From: Chthonomonadaceae bacterium
Lineage (GTDB): Bacteria; Armatimonadota; Chthonomonadetes; Chthonomonadales; Chthonomonadaceae
Direction of reading: 5' to 3'
DNA length: 48,986 nt
Assembly: GCA_035650735.1 (NCBI GenBank)
Contig: DASRGZ010000204.1
Span: 1 to 48,986 of the forward strand
Below are positions 1 through 10,964 of this stretch, one piece after another. Position 1 is the stretch's first letter; each line of letters starts with the position of its first letter. The position numbers were made by a program, and so were the translations under genes. The notes beneath the pieces are model-generated. The model did not search any database, was not told the origin of the DNA, and saw only the letters and a list, made by a program, of their open reading frames with translations.

Positions 1-5
1 GGGGG

Positions 6-108
6 TCGCGAGGCGGGGGCTGTGGCAAGGCGGAGGCAGGGGCCGTAACCCTGCCGACCCTGGCAGTCCATTGCAGGGCCGACCCTGGCAGTGGGGACCG
101 GGGGTGAG
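6..108. repeat. REP/MITE-like family A element (GC-rich, CCGACCCTGGCAGT modules)
   Basis: About 6-85 is nearly the reverse complement of about 19699-19778. The GACCCTGGCAGT module recurs at 24850, 26775, 42865-42915 and 43195-43270. Lies downstream of atpC. Confidence 0.8.
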
Positions 109-188
109 AGCCTGGAATCAAATCGCCCCGTGCTTAGCTCAATTGCGGCACGGAGCGATTTTCGTTTGGGTGCTTGGTCGGCGCGATT

Positions 189-599
189 TTAGGAGTTGCG
201 CAGTTGGGCCACGCGAATGCGGTTCAGGGCGCGATCCAGCGATTGGCGTACCTCTTCGGCGTCAATGTCGCTGCCGGGAACTTCCAGCAGGGCGCGTAAC
301 CGCGCCGCCTCCGCCCGCGCACGCTCAATATCTATCTCCTCGGAAAGCTCGGCGGAGTCGGCCAGGATGATGACCTTCTCGCGGGTGACCTGCAGGAAGC
401 CGCCGCCGCTGGCGACGTAGGCTTCCCGGCCATCGGCGAGGGTGATCTTGATCAATCCGGTCGCCAGCTCGGTCAGCATCGGCGCGTGGCCGGCCAGCGC
501 CCCAAAAGAGCCTTCTACGCCGGGAGCGCGCACCGCCTGCACATCCTCGGAAAACAAGAGCCGTTCCGGGGTTACCAGTTCGAGCGGAAAAGTGGGCAT
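189..599 (-). CDS. atpC: F1F0 ATP synthase subunit epsilon
   Basis: MPTFPLELVTPERLLFS...PGVEGSFGALAGHAPM...GGFLQV motifs; directly downstream of atpD; ATG at 599 with GGAG RBS. Confidence 0.97.
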   Translation of the reverse strand: MPTFPLELVTPERLLFSEDVQAVRAPGVEGSFGALAGHAPMLTELATGLIKITLADGREAYVASGGGFLQVTREKVIILADSAELSEEIDIERARAEAARLRALLEVPGSDIDAEEVRQSLDRALNRIRVAQLRNS

Positions 600-642
600 A
601 CAGGTCTCCGATAAGCCGCAAAGGAACGCCTCCACCCTCGGC

Positions 643-742
643 CCCTCGCTTGAACTAAGGAGAGAGGGACCGCGTTAAATCAGGGTGTAGGGGATAGGGT
701 GTAGGGTGTAGGCCCTCGCTTGAACTAAGGAGAGAGGGACCG
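643..742. repeat. Repeat-spacer-repeat unit: 30-bp exact direct repeat flanking a 40-bp insert
   Basis: ccctcgcttgaactaaggagagagggaccg at 643-672 and 713-742; insert 673-712 contains AGGGTGT heptamers. Confidence 0.9.
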
Positions 743-781
743 GGTTGGTTCTTATTCGCGTTCCTTCGCGGCTAAAGTTGT

Positions 782-2191
<1,410 letters not shown>

Positions 2192-2344
2192 TTAATCTCG
2201 CCTCAATCGTTGGATCGGCCTCGCGTCGGACGAGCCTGTCCAGAGTGGGGCCTGTGTGGGCGCGGCCCAGCGTCCGTTGGGCGTATGGCGACAAGATAAT
2301 CTGGAAGAACGCTCCAGAGAGATTGTTCCGAATTTCACAATGCT

Positions 2345-2374
2345 ATTTTAGCAGATTTAAGGGGCCTAATGCAA
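2345..2374 (-). promoter_or_regulatory. Putative sigma70 promoter of atpDC
   Basis: Minus strand TTGCAT-18 nt-TAAAAT with extended -10 TG. Confidence 0.5.
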
Positions 2375-2516
2375 GGGGAAAGGCCGGGAACAGGTAACCC
2401 TCTTTTCCCGAGATCGGTGCGTATTAAAGCCTTTGCCGGCCTGCGCAGATGGGCCATGAGCGCCGGGCGACCACAGTGGCGAGTCCGCCTGCCCGCTTTC
2501 CCGGTAAAAATCCCTC

Positions 2517-2545
2517 TTGCATTGCCGGAGCTCTTGTGATAAAAT
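2517..2545 (+). promoter_or_regulatory. sigma70 promoter of 6S RNA
   Basis: TTGCAT(2517-2522)-17 nt-TAAAAT(2540-2545) with extended TGn. Confidence 0.7.
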
Positions 2546-2566
2546 GAGGCAGTTTTGATAGTCCCG

Positions 2567-2750
2567 ATACCCTGCAGGTGTGCGTGATGCCTCGGCGAGT
2601 GCTGAGCCAACACTCACAAAAAGTGGTAGGCGTCTCCGCCGGCTGAGTGGCAGCCCGACTTCACCTCGGGAATCGCGTAAGCCTGTGGGCGCTTGCCCGC
2701 CCGTGTCACACGGGTTCAAGCACTCTGATGCACACGGCACCGCGGGGTAC
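2567..2750 (+). ncRNA. ssrS: 6S RNA
   Basis: About 184 nt with a closing stem (taccctgcaggtg / caccgcggggta). The 3' motif CCCGCCCG..CGGGTTCAAG...ACGGCAC...GGG resembles Gram-positive-type 6S RNAs. Has its own promoter upstream and an intrinsic terminator downstream. Confidence 0.85.
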
Positions 2751-2758
2751 TCAGGCAG

Positions 2759-2797
2759 AGAGGGCGGCGGAAGCACCGTCGCCCTCTTATTTTGTTT
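2759..2797 (+). terminator. Rho-independent terminator after 6S RNA
   Basis: Stem agagggcggcgg / ccgtcgccctct, loop aagca, tail tattttgttt. Confidence 0.8.
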
Positions 2798-2816
2798 GCC
2801 GGCAGAGCTGGTGGCT

Positions 2817-3758
2817 CTATGCCTTGTCCCATTGCCGTCCGATCCATTGGAGGACCGGGTCCAGGGGAAACTCGTTGGCCTTGGCGAGCAGCGTATCAAT
2901 GCGATCTACGGCGTCCAGGCCGATGTCTTCGCCCAGGTCCGGGTTCAGTCGAATGTAGCAGTCGTCCAGAAGCTGCTGGCACTGATAATCGGCCAGGCCG
3001 ATCCCGGCCTCAAAAAGAAGTTCCACAATGGTAAAACCCCACTGCTTTAGCCCCCAATCCCCATCGCGCGATTTGATGTTCCTGAGCCGCATGCCGGTGC
3101 CGATGGACATCAGCACGACATCCTCCAGGCGCTGCTTCCCGCCCACCTGGGGATTGATCGCCTGGGCCAGGGCGCACATGCTGGGGTTGTTGGCTACCAC
3201 GCCGCCATCAATGAACCCCTGGTAGATGGGAAAGTAGGTTGGCGCGGCAGTGGAGCGCATGATCACATCAATCGCCCGCTGCGGGCCATCCGAGTCCGGC
3301 CCCTCGTAGTTATGGAAGAACTTGGCCTTCCAGGTTTGGGGCTTGCCGGGCGGTACAGGATCGATCGGGTTCTGGCTGTCGAGCTGGTAGGTGGCGACGA
3401 GCACGTGCTTGGGGAGCAGATCGTTGAGGGTGATGTCGCCGATATAAGGATAGATATTCTTGTAGCGGTTTTCCGTGGAGTAGCGCGCGCCGACCAGGCC
3501 CCAAAGGTCGCCAATGTTATGCAGCAAGTCATCATGGAAGATGTCTCTGCCGCGGTCTCGATACAGGCCGACCAGTTCCGCGGGGGTAAGGCCCTTGGCC
3601 AGGGCGATAGCGAGCACGGCTCCGGTCGAAGTGCCCGCGAAGAGATGCACCTGGGAGAGGAAGTTAGGCTTGGCGGCAACGATGCGTTCGAGGAGCCGGG
3701 CGGTGAAGATGCCGCGGATGCCGCCGCCGTCAAGGGAGAGAATGCGATAGGTTGCCAT
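2817..3758 (-). CDS. Patatin-like phospholipase
   Basis: LSLDGGGIRG, GTSTG nucleophile elbow, AAPTYFP and DGGV motifs. Confidence 0.93.
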   Translation of the reverse strand: MATYRILSLDGGGIRGIFTARLLERIVAAKPNFLSQVHLFAGTSTGAVLAIALAKGLTPAELVGLYRDRGRDIFHDDLLHNIGDLWGLVGARYSTENRYKNIYPYIGDITLNDLLPKHVLVATYQLDSQNPIDPVPPGKPQTWKAKFFHNYEGPDSDGPQRAIDVIMRSTAAPTYFPIYQGFIDGGVVANNPSMCALAQAINPQVGGKQRLEDVVLMSIGTGMRLRNIKSRDGDWGLKQWGFTIVELLFEAGIGLADYQCQQLLDDCYIRLNPDLGEDIGLDAVDRIDTLLAKANEFPLDPVLQWIGRQWDKA

Positions 3759-3930
3759 TGGTTTGTACTCCTGAGGATAAACCGAGACGCTGCCGCCCTG
3801 ACCGGGAACGGTTTCTCGGCGATCGGTATGATCTGTAACCTTCGACGGACGCCTCGGGAAAGCCTGCTCCTTGCAAAGGAGGGGTGAGGTCGGGTCCTCG
3901 GGGTCCGCGTAGCAGGAATACCAAGTTTTG

Positions 3931-3964
3931 TAGCGAATATATCATAATAGCGAATATATCATAA
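3931..3964. repeat. 17-bp perfect tandem duplication in a divergent promoter region
   Basis: tagcgaatatatcataa x2 (3931-3947, 3948-3964). Confidence 0.85.
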
Positions 3965-4059
3965 TGAGGTATATCGCCGTCCTAAAGACAGTAATCACGG
4001 CATTATTTTCAGGTTTATCGGCGTGTAAAGCTAACACAACGCATGAGGGGAGTAACCAG

Positions 4060-4449
4060 ATGGCTTCGCCTTCGCAATCCAGCGCAGCGCCCAACGAACT
4101 TAAAGTGTTCCTCATCGGGGCCATTGGTGGCCTGCTCCTACTGATGGCCCTGGTCACCTGGGCCACAAATGCCCAGAAGCAGCCCCCTCCGCCGGCGCAG
4201 GCGTCCGAGGCGCAGCGCGCGCAGATAGAATATATCCAGCATCCTGAAGAGGCGTCGGCGCGTGTGGATGAGATGGCCAAACAGACCGGAGGCGATTTTA
4301 GTCGGCTTACGCCCGAGGATCAACAATGGCTGGATGGGATGACGGCGGGCCACGGCGCCCAGATGCTCTATGCCAGGGCGCAGGCGCAAAAGCGCAAGGT
4401 CGCGGCAAAGACGCACCGAGCAAATACCAGCCGGGCAAAAATCTATTGA
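4060..4449 (+). CDS. Small single-TM hypothetical protein
   Basis: ATG at 4060 after GAGGGGAG RBS; hydrophobic stretch VFLIGAIGGLLLLMALVTW. Confidence 0.7.
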   Translation: MASPSQSSAAPNELKVFLIGAIGGLLLLMALVTWATNAQKQPPPPAQASEAQRAQIEYIQHPEEASARVDEMAKQTGGDFSRLTPEDQQWLDGMTAGHGAQMLYARAQAQKRKVAAKTHRANTSRAKIY

Positions 4450-4474
4450 CATTATGAGTAACTTTCGATACTAT
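4446..4474 (+). promoter_or_regulatory. Near-consensus sigma70 promoter upstream of the DUF1559 operon
   Basis: TTGACA(4446-4451)-17 nt-TACTAT(4469-4474). Confidence 0.75.
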
Positions 4475-4646
4475 ATGTGCAATGGGATTGCGCAGTAGGT
4501 TGCAGCTTGCGGTGACGCGGAACACATGCGGGTCAGTAGAGCGTTCTCATCGTACAGCATCCCTTGCATGGGCTGTGGGTGACGCGGAACACATGCGGGT
4601 CAGTAGAGGCCTATGTGTGCAGTGGGATTGCACGGTAGATTGCAGC
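4471..4646. repeat. Nested repeat-spacer-repeat units: outer 36-bp degenerate pair, inner 31-bp exact pair with 36-bp insert
   Basis: Outer copies 4471-4506 and 4611-4646 (31/36 identical). Inner ggtgacgcggaacacatgcgggtcagtagag at 4511-4541 and 4578-4608. Confidence 0.9.
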
Positions 4647-4859
4647 GGAGCGGCTCGCAGGGGCAGCAGCGAGCAGAATAGTAGGCCCCGCCGCGACTGA
4701 GAGCAGTAGAGCAGTGTTGTAAGTGTGTCTGGCCTGAGCCGCCACGCAGCGTTTGTGGTCCTTTCCCGATAGGGAAAATCTACCACATGGGGCTGCGCGG
4801 GGGCTTAGCAAGCCAGGGCCGATGAGGCAAGTTAGCCATTAAGAAAGAGGAGGAAGCTT

Positions 4860-5690
4860 ATGCAACGTCGTAGAGGCTTTACCCTGATTGAATTGCTCGT
4901 CGTCATCGCCATTATCGCGATTCTTGCCGCCATCCTATTTCCGGTCTTCGCCCAGGCCCGCGAGCGAGCACGCGCCATCTCCTGCGTCTCTAACCTCAAG
5001 CAGATCGGCACGGCGACCAACATGTATGTGCAGGATTACGACGAGACGTATCCATGCGGTTGGGGCTCGCAGGACGCCGGACTGTCCATGTGGCGAGTCT
5101 CCCTCCAGCCCTATGTTCAGAAGTACGGCAATCCGCAAGACCCCGTAGGCTATAGCAATCCGCGTGGGAACTATGGCGTCTTCGTCTGCCCCGATCAGCC
5201 CGGCTCAGCGGAAAGCTACGGCCCGACCAGCTATGGCTACAATGCCTTTGGCGGCATGACCATCGGCTGGGTCGCCACAACCCCCGACGGCTCGCAGGGA
5301 GCCTTCCCGGGCGCCAAGCTGGCTTCCATCAAGAAGCCGGCCGAACTAGTCTCCTATGCCGATGCAGCAGAAGTCGGCAAGCGTTCGAAGAGCCTCGATC
5401 CGAACTTCGACCAGGGCGGCGCCGGCTGGACGGGCTGTGGCGACGATAATCCCGGTCCCTACTCCTTCAACCCCGACGTCTGGCAGGAGGACTGGAGTGA
5501 CGACTGGGACTTTGGAGTCCCGCTCCAGGAGGACTGGCCCAGCTGCCGCAACGGCGGACGACGGCCCATGCCGCGCCACCATAAGCATGTCAATGCGGCT
5601 TTTGCCGATGGGCATGTCAAGGCGCTCCCCTCCAGCTTCATGAAGGTCAAGGTCAATAGCCCGGAGGACCTGCTGCACAACCACGACTGA
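4860..5690 (+). CDS. DUF1559 / prepilin-type N-terminal cleavage-methylation protein with H-X9-DG motif
   Basis: [43 protein letters not shown] and C-terminal RH...[10 protein letters not shown]. Confidence 0.95.
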   Translation: MQRRRGFTLIELLVVIAIIAILAAILFPVFAQARERARAISCVSNLKQIGTATNMYVQDYDETYPCGWGSQDAGLSMWRVSLQPYVQKYGNPQDPVGYSNPRGNYGVFVCPDQPGSAESYGPTSYGYNAFGGMTIGWVATTPDGSQGAFPGAKLASIKKPAELVSYADAAEVGKRSKSLDPNFDQGGAGWTGCGDDNPGPYSFNPDVWQEDWSDDWDFGVPLQEDWPSCRNGGRRPMPRHHKHVNAAFADGHVKALPSSFMKVKVNSPEDLLHNHD

Positions 5691-5710
5691 CAGGACCCTA
5701 CGGAAGACCC

Positions 5711-7927
5711 ATGGTAGGAAAGCGCATGGGGGCGGCATCTGCCGCCCCCGCACACGTAATAACTTCAAAGGCGGCCTCGCTCTGGAAGGGCCGACGCTTC
5801 GTATGGATGCTCCGCCTGGCCTTCCTGCTTGCGGCGGCCGGTATCGGGACATGGGGCGTGCTGCATGGCCCCTGGTATCAAGAGCGGCGCCTCGCGCATA
5901 TGTCTCTGCAGGCCCTGCAGCGGGAGCGCGGCAACCGCCTGGACGATCCGCGCCTGCTCTATTACATCGGCCTGCGGCTCAATCAGCAGGGGCGCTTTGC
6001 CGAGGCCGACCCGCTCTTACGCCAGGCCGTCGGCCTTGATCCCGACTCGCCGCGCCTGCGCGATGAGTGGGCGAAGGCTCTGCTTGGCAGCGGCCTGACC
6101 ACCGCCGCCTTCGGCCAGCTGCGGGAGTTCGCCGGGACCCACCCTGACTCGGCACAGGCCCATCTGCTGCTGGGCAAGTTCTACTTCACGCAGCGCTCGA
6201 TGCGCCGCGCCAGCGAGGAGCTGGAGCGCGCGGTGGCGCTCGATCCCGGCTCCGGGGAAGCCTGGTCTTACCTGGCGGGAGCGCGCGACGCCATGGCCGA
6301 GCTGCAGGCGGCGCGGCAGGCTGCCCAGAAGGCGGTCGCCTTGCGGCCGGAGAATGCGGCGGACCACCTGATGCTGGCCTCGCTCCTGGCCCGGTCAAAT
6401 CTGCCGGAAGAGGCCCGCAAAGAATACGCTGCCGCGGTTCGTCTCGCGCCGCGCTGGGCGGCGCCACATCGAGAATATGCCGTCTGGCTGCTGCGATCGG
6501 AGGGGCGTCCTCAAGGCAATCTGCTGGCCGAGTCCGAGGCACGCCAGGCCGTCGCTCTCGATGCCAATGACGCGCGCGCCCAACTGGCGCTGGGACGTGC
6601 CCTCGTGGGCAACGGGCAGCCCCAGGCGGCGATTGCGCCGCTGCAGCGTGCCGCTGCGCTCGCGCCTTATGATCCTGCCGCTGCGCTTGAACTGTCCCAG
6701 GCGTATCATCAGCTTGGACGCGCGGCGGAGTCGGCCCAATGGCAGCGCACCTACCTGACTCGGCAGCACCAGGCGACCGAGCAGCAGATGCTCTACGAAG
6801 CGATACGAGTCCACCCCAACGATCTCAAACTCCATGCGCGCATGGCACGCCTGCTGGGGCTGCGCGGCGATGTGGCCGGATGCATCCATAACCATGCGAT
6901 GGCGCTGCGCTGTCCCATAGACGCGCCGGCGGCGCTGATCGCCGCCGCCAACGACCTGACAGACGGAGGTCATGCTGCCGAGGCCCTGCCCCTGGCCCGG
7001 CGTGCGGTGAGCGTCAGGGTTTCCAATCCTGCGGCCCATGAAGCCCTGGGGAATGCGCTGCTGGGCCTGGGGCAGATCCGCCTCGCCGAGAAGGAGTATC
7101 AGACAACGACTTCCTGGCAGCCAAAGCGCCTCCCCATCTTGCAGAAGCGGCTGGAGCGCTACCTGGCGTACCGTGCCGCGCATCCGTCCCCTGCCGAACT
7201 TGCCTATCGCGAAGCGCGCCGATTGGAGCACGCGCAGATTGGGCCCAAGCGCATGACCGCGCAGGTCGAGAAGCTGGCCCAACGTGCTGTAGAACTGGAT
7301 CCGACCAATCCGGATTATCTGTGGTATCTGTTGCGGATTCAGGTCGCGCGCCGCGAGAACGAGGCGGCCATACGAACGGCGAACCAACTCCTGACCGCCC
7401 CGCCGCTGGAGGTCTGGAAGGATGCGCGCGCCCATGCGATGCTGGCCATCCTGCTGCTGGAGACGGCGAGCCGACCGGAGCAGTTCGCCGAGATAGATGC
7501 GCATCTCCAGGCGGCTGCCTCCGATCCGGTGGTTGCCGCCACACGCCACTATGGCCTGGGCCTGCTGGCGCTGCGGCGTCAGCAGGGCGCGGTCGCCGTC
7601 CGCGAGCTGCGGCTGGCGGCGCAGCTAGATCCACATTCCGACATCATTTATTACAAGCTCGCCCTGGCCGAGCAGATGGCAGGCAATCCGGCTGCGGCGG
7701 CGCGGGCGATGGCAGTATATACTCGGCGCCAGAGCGCCAAGCGGGAGGAGATAGACGCCCTCAGCGCCGTTGGACAGCATCCGAACCGGCCAGACCTTTA
7801 TCTCCAGGCTGCCAGCCTTTTTGACAGGCACGGCCAGCATGGGCAGGCGGAGGCCATTCGCGCGGAGGCACGCCGCCGCTTTGGCGCGCTGGCCGCGCCG
7901 TCTCCGGCAGCCCATCCGCGCCGCTAA
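5711..7927 (+). CDS. Membrane-anchored tetratricopeptide repeat protein
   Basis: N-terminal TM segment; many TPR units ending in (A/V)LDP. Exact start uncertain (5711, 5726 or later). Confidence 0.9.
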   Translation: MVGKRMGAASAAPAHVITSKAASLWKGRRFVWMLRLAFLLAAAGIGTWGVLHGPWYQERRLAHMSLQALQRERGNRLDDPRLLYYIGLRLNQQGRFAEADPLLRQAVGLDPDSPRLRDEWAKALLGSGLTTAAFGQLREFAGTHPDSAQAHLLLGKFYFTQRSMRRASEELERAVALDPGSGEAWSYLAGARDAMAELQAARQAAQKAVALRPENAADHLMLASLLARSNLPEEARKEYAAAVRLAPRWAAPHREYAVWLLRSEGRPQGNLLAESEARQAVALDANDARAQLALGRALVGNGQPQAAIAPLQRAAALAPYDPAAALELSQAYHQLGRAAESAQWQRTYLTRQHQATEQQMLYEAIRVHPNDLKLHARMARLLGLRGDVAGCIHNHAMALRCPIDAPAALIAAANDLTDGGHAAEALPLARRAVSVRVSNPAAHEALGNALLGLGQIRLAEKEYQTTTSWQPKRLPILQKRLERYLAYRAAHPSPAELAYREARRLEHAQIGPKRMTAQVEKLAQRAVELDPTNPDYLWYLLRIQVARRENEAAIRTANQLLTAPPLEVWKDARAHAMLAILLLETASRPEQFAEIDAHLQAAASDPVVAATRHYGLGLLALRRQQGAVAVRELRLAAQLDPHSDIIYYKLALAEQMAGNPAAAARAMAVYTRRQSAKREEIDALSAVGQHPNRPDLYLQAASLFDRHGQHGQAEAIRAEARRRFGALAAPSPAAHPRR

Positions 7928-7985
7928 AAGTGGCCTGGCTCCCCGTCTCCATTTACCGACAAAGTCTCCATAGAAAGGATGCACC

Positions 7986-8240
7986 ATGAAGCAGAAAGTC
8001 GGTCCTGCGGCTATCATTATTGCCCTAGTTGTTCTTATCGGCGTGCTATTTGCAATGTATCGAGTCTCCTTCCGGCCGCAAAGCCCGCCCCCTTCACCGG
8101 ACAACGCGCCCGACTACGTCAAGAAGATGCGGCAGGGAGGGCGGCCTTCGGCCGCCTATGGGCAGGCACCCGCAGCGCCGGGGGGCAATCCGGCAGTGCC
8201 GGGAGGCAATCCGGCCGGCGGCGCCTCCACGGGACGATAA
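7986..8240 (+). CDS. Small membrane protein with Pro/Gly-rich tail
   Basis: AGAAAGGA RBS; TM segment AAIIIALVVLIGVLFAMY; lies within the operon. Confidence 0.75.
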   Translation: MKQKVGPAAIIIALVVLIGVLFAMYRVSFRPQSPPPSPDNAPDYVKKMRQGGRPSAAYGQAPAAPGGNPAVPGGNPAGGASTGR

Positions 8241-8276
8241 GATGCCCCTTAGACTGACCACTGCGAGCATCTGTCC

Positions 8277-9977
8277 ATGAAGTTTGCTGCTGGTGTTTTG
8301 TCTGCCTTGAAATGCGGGCCTGTCCTGGCGCTGACCGCTCTGCTGGGAGCGCTTTCCCTGTTGAGCGGCTGCCTGCGGATCGGCGGAGGCGCGGCCTCGG
8401 CGAACGCCAAAGACAGGCCCTCCGCCGCCCGCTTTGTAGACGTAGCCGAGTCTGCCGGCCTTCATTACCAGTGGACAATTGAAGGCAAACGTCCCCTGAA
8501 CATCCTCCAGACCATCGGCAACGGCTGCGCCTTCCTGGATTATGATAACGACGGCTTCCTCGATATTCTGCTGGTCGGACCCAAGCTTGCCCTCTACAAA
8601 GGCGACGGCAAAGGCCACTTTACCGACGTGACTGCGGCTACCGGGTTGGAGAAGTTCTCCGGTCACTTCCTGGGCTGCGCGGTCGGGGATGTGGATGGCG
8701 ACGGCTATGAGGACATCTACATCAGCGGCTATCGTGCGGCCTTATTGCTGCATAACGAGGGTGGGCGGACGTTCCGAGATATCACCAGGGAGGCCGGCCT
8801 GAAACCCCAGCCCTGGGGGACCTCCTGTGCCTTCGCCGAGACCGTTCCCGGCTCCGGGCGTCTGGATCTCTACGTGGCCAACTACGCCGTCTTTGGCCCG
8901 CATACCGTGCCCCAGCTCTGTAAGGAGCAAGGTATTGAAACCTCCTGCGGCCCCCGGTACTACAAGCCGCTGCTCGGCGTGCTGTATCGCAATGACGGAC
9001 ACGGCCACTTTACCGATGTAACCAGAGCGAGCGGATTGTCGGCAGCAAACGGGAGAGGGCTGGGCGTGGCCTTTGCCGACTTCGACGGCTCCGGCCATCC
9101 CGGCCTGGCTATCGCCAACGACGAGATGCCCGGCGATCTCTTCAAGCCGGTCGGGCGCGGCCTGCGCTACGCCAACATCGGAGAGAAATCGGGCACGGCC
9201 TTTGATCGGGATGGGGGCATTCACGGCGGCATGGGCATTGATTGGGGCGACTATGACAACGACGGCAAGCTGGACCTGTGCGTCGCCACGTTTCAGAATG
9301 AGGCCAAATCGCTTTACCACAACGAGGGAGAGGACCGGTTCAGCGATATGGGCTTTCCGACGGGCCTGAGCGCGGCCACGATCCCCTATGTCGCCTTCGG
9401 CTGCAAGTTCTTTGACTACGATAACGACGGCTGGCTCGATCTGGTGATCGCCAATGGCCACGTGCAGGACAATATCCAGCAGATCAACCAGACGGCCACC
9501 TATCGCCAACCCACCCAGCTCTTCCACAATAAAGGCGATTCGCCTACCACCTTTGAGGATGTCAGCCGCCTTTGCGGCCCCGATCTGGAGCGTCCGATTG
9601 TCGGGCGGGGCCTAGCCGTGGGAGACTACGATAACGATGGGCGCGAGGACATTCTCATCGCCGATGCGGAGGGCAGGCCCCTGCTGCTGCATAATGAGAG
9701 CAATACCAGGGGACATTGGCTCGGCGTGCGGCTGATCGGGACCAAAAGCAACCGCGACGGATACGGGGCGATGGTGACGGCAGTGGTGGGCGGGCGCACG
9801 CTGACGCGCCAGTGTCAGACGGATGGCTCCTACCTGTCCGCCTCCGATCCGCGCGTTCATTTTGGCCTGGGATCGGCGTCGCGGGTAGACAGGCTGACGG
9901 TTCGGTGGCCCAGCGGACGGACGACGACCCAGGAGAACCTTCCTGCGGATCGGTACGTCACTCTGACGGAAAGATGA
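8277..9977 (+). CDS. CRTAC1-family protein (FG-GAP/VCBS repeats plus ASPIC/UnbV), possible lipoprotein
   Basis: Repeated DYDNDGxxD motifs; C-terminal SNRDGYGA...GSYLSASDPRVHFGLG...VRWPSG; LSGC lipobox-like motif. Confidence 0.93.
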   Translation: MKFAAGVLSALKCGPVLALTALLGALSLLSGCLRIGGGAASANAKDRPSAARFVDVAESAGLHYQWTIEGKRPLNILQTIGNGCAFLDYDNDGFLDILLVGPKLALYKGDGKGHFTDVTAATGLEKFSGHFLGCAVGDVDGDGYEDIYISGYRAALLLHNEGGRTFRDITREAGLKPQPWGTSCAFAETVPGSGRLDLYVANYAVFGPHTVPQLCKEQGIETSCGPRYYKPLLGVLYRNDGHGHFTDVTRASGLSAANGRGLGVAFADFDGSGHPGLAIANDEMPGDLFKPVGRGLRYANIGEKSGTAFDRDGGIHGGMGIDWGDYDNDGKLDLCVATFQNEAKSLYHNEGEDRFSDMGFPTGLSAATIPYVAFGCKFFDYDNDGWLDLVIANGHVQDNIQQINQTATYRQPTQLFHNKGDSPTTFEDVSRLCGPDLERPIVGRGLAVGDYDNDGREDILIADAEGRPLLLHNESNTRGHWLGVRLIGTKSNRDGYGAMVTAVVGGRTLTRQCQTDGSYLSASDPRVHFGLGSASRVDRLTVRWPSGRTTTQENLPADRYVTLTER

Positions 9978-10070
9978 TGCTCAGCGCCTCCGCGTACCCG
10001 ACGGCCAGTGCCGCCGTCGTGACGACGTTGCGGCGCAGTTACGGCTCTCCGCACGCAAAGGAGGAGGAAC

Positions 10071-10856
10071 ATGTCCCTTCCCGAATCGCAGCCGCCTGCC
10101 GGCTCCGATACCGGTCAGGCGATCCGCCGCCTGGATATTACCGACCTGGAACGCATCCAGCGGTTTCGCCGTGCCGGCTACGGAGGCTCCGTTTCCGATG
10201 CCCTTCACAGCCTGGGGGTTGATACCACCGTCTTCTCGGACCGCTTTAAGCCGCTGCGCCAGGGCATGCAATTGGTGGGGCGGGCCTTGCCCATCAAGCT
10301 GCATTCCCTGGTCGAGCCCCGCACGCCCGCACATCAAGCGGCCCTGGAGGCCAGATGGGCCGCAGAAGGGGGCCATCCCCAGAAACGGATGATGCAGGCA
10401 GTGGCCGATGCCGAAGACGGCACGGTGCTCTGCTTTGATTGCGGCGGCGACCTCCAACCGGCGCATTTTGGAGAGATGAGTTGCCAGGTCGCCTACGCCC
10501 ACGGCTGCCGGGGAATGCTCCTGGCGGGCAACTGCCGGGACACGCAGTACATCCTCAAGATGCCTGACTTTCCCATCTTCTCCTTTGGAACTCGGCCCAA
10601 TGCCTTTGGCGGCTGGATCATCACCGAGGTCAACACCCCCATCTACCTGCCCGGACATCTCACGCACTATGTACGGGTTAATCCGGGGGATTTTATCTTT
10701 GGCGATAATGACGGAGTCCAGTTGATCCCTGCCGCCGTGGTAGACGAAGTATTGCTCCGTGTGGAGGCCACCTTCGAGTTTGAGAACCGGGAGAGGGAGC
10801 TACTGGCTGCCGGCATGCCGGTGGATGAGGTCTACCGCACGTTCGGCGTGCTGTAG
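10071..10856 (+). CDS. RraA family / HMG-aldolase-like protein
   Basis: SDAL..., FGEM, G..RD and VNPGDFIFGDNDGV motifs; strong GGAGGAGG RBS. Confidence 0.85.
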   Translation: MSLPESQPPAGSDTGQAIRRLDITDLERIQRFRRAGYGGSVSDALHSLGVDTTVFSDRFKPLRQGMQLVGRALPIKLHSLVEPRTPAHQAALEARWAAEGGHPQKRMMQAVADAEDGTVLCFDCGGDLQPAHFGEMSCQVAYAHGCRGMLLAGNCRDTQYILKMPDFPIFSFGTRPNAFGGWIITEVNTPIYLPGHLTHYVRVNPGDFIFGDNDGVQLIPAAVVDEVLLRVEATFEFENRERELLAAGMPVDEVYRTFGVL

Positions 10857-10964
10857 CTGCCGGTGGCCCTGCCATAGAGCGTGGTTGCCTCTCGATGGCT
10901 CCCCTCCGACCATTGTTTCGTCAGGCGCTCCGGTAGATGCCGACGCCGGAAGGAAGAGCGAACC

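Noticed and set aside
2660..2750. c-di-GMP-II riboswitch (GTGGGCGCTTG similarity)
   Set aside because: Other motif elements are missing and there is no downstream gene on that strand; 6S RNA fits the length, stem, promoter and terminator.
2817..3758. CBASS CapV-type defence effector
   Set aside because: No CD-NTase or other defence gene nearby; treated as a stand-alone patatin.
4511..4608. Canonical CRISPR array calls for this and the other two-copy repeats
   Set aside because: Each has only two copies, the repeats differ between loci, none ends in GAAA(C/G), and no cas genes are present. They are reported as repeat-spacer-repeat insertions.
9975..10023. Selenocysteine readthrough at the CRTAC1 TGA stop
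   Set aside because: The domain is complete at the stop, another in-frame TGA follows shortly, and there is no redox motif context.
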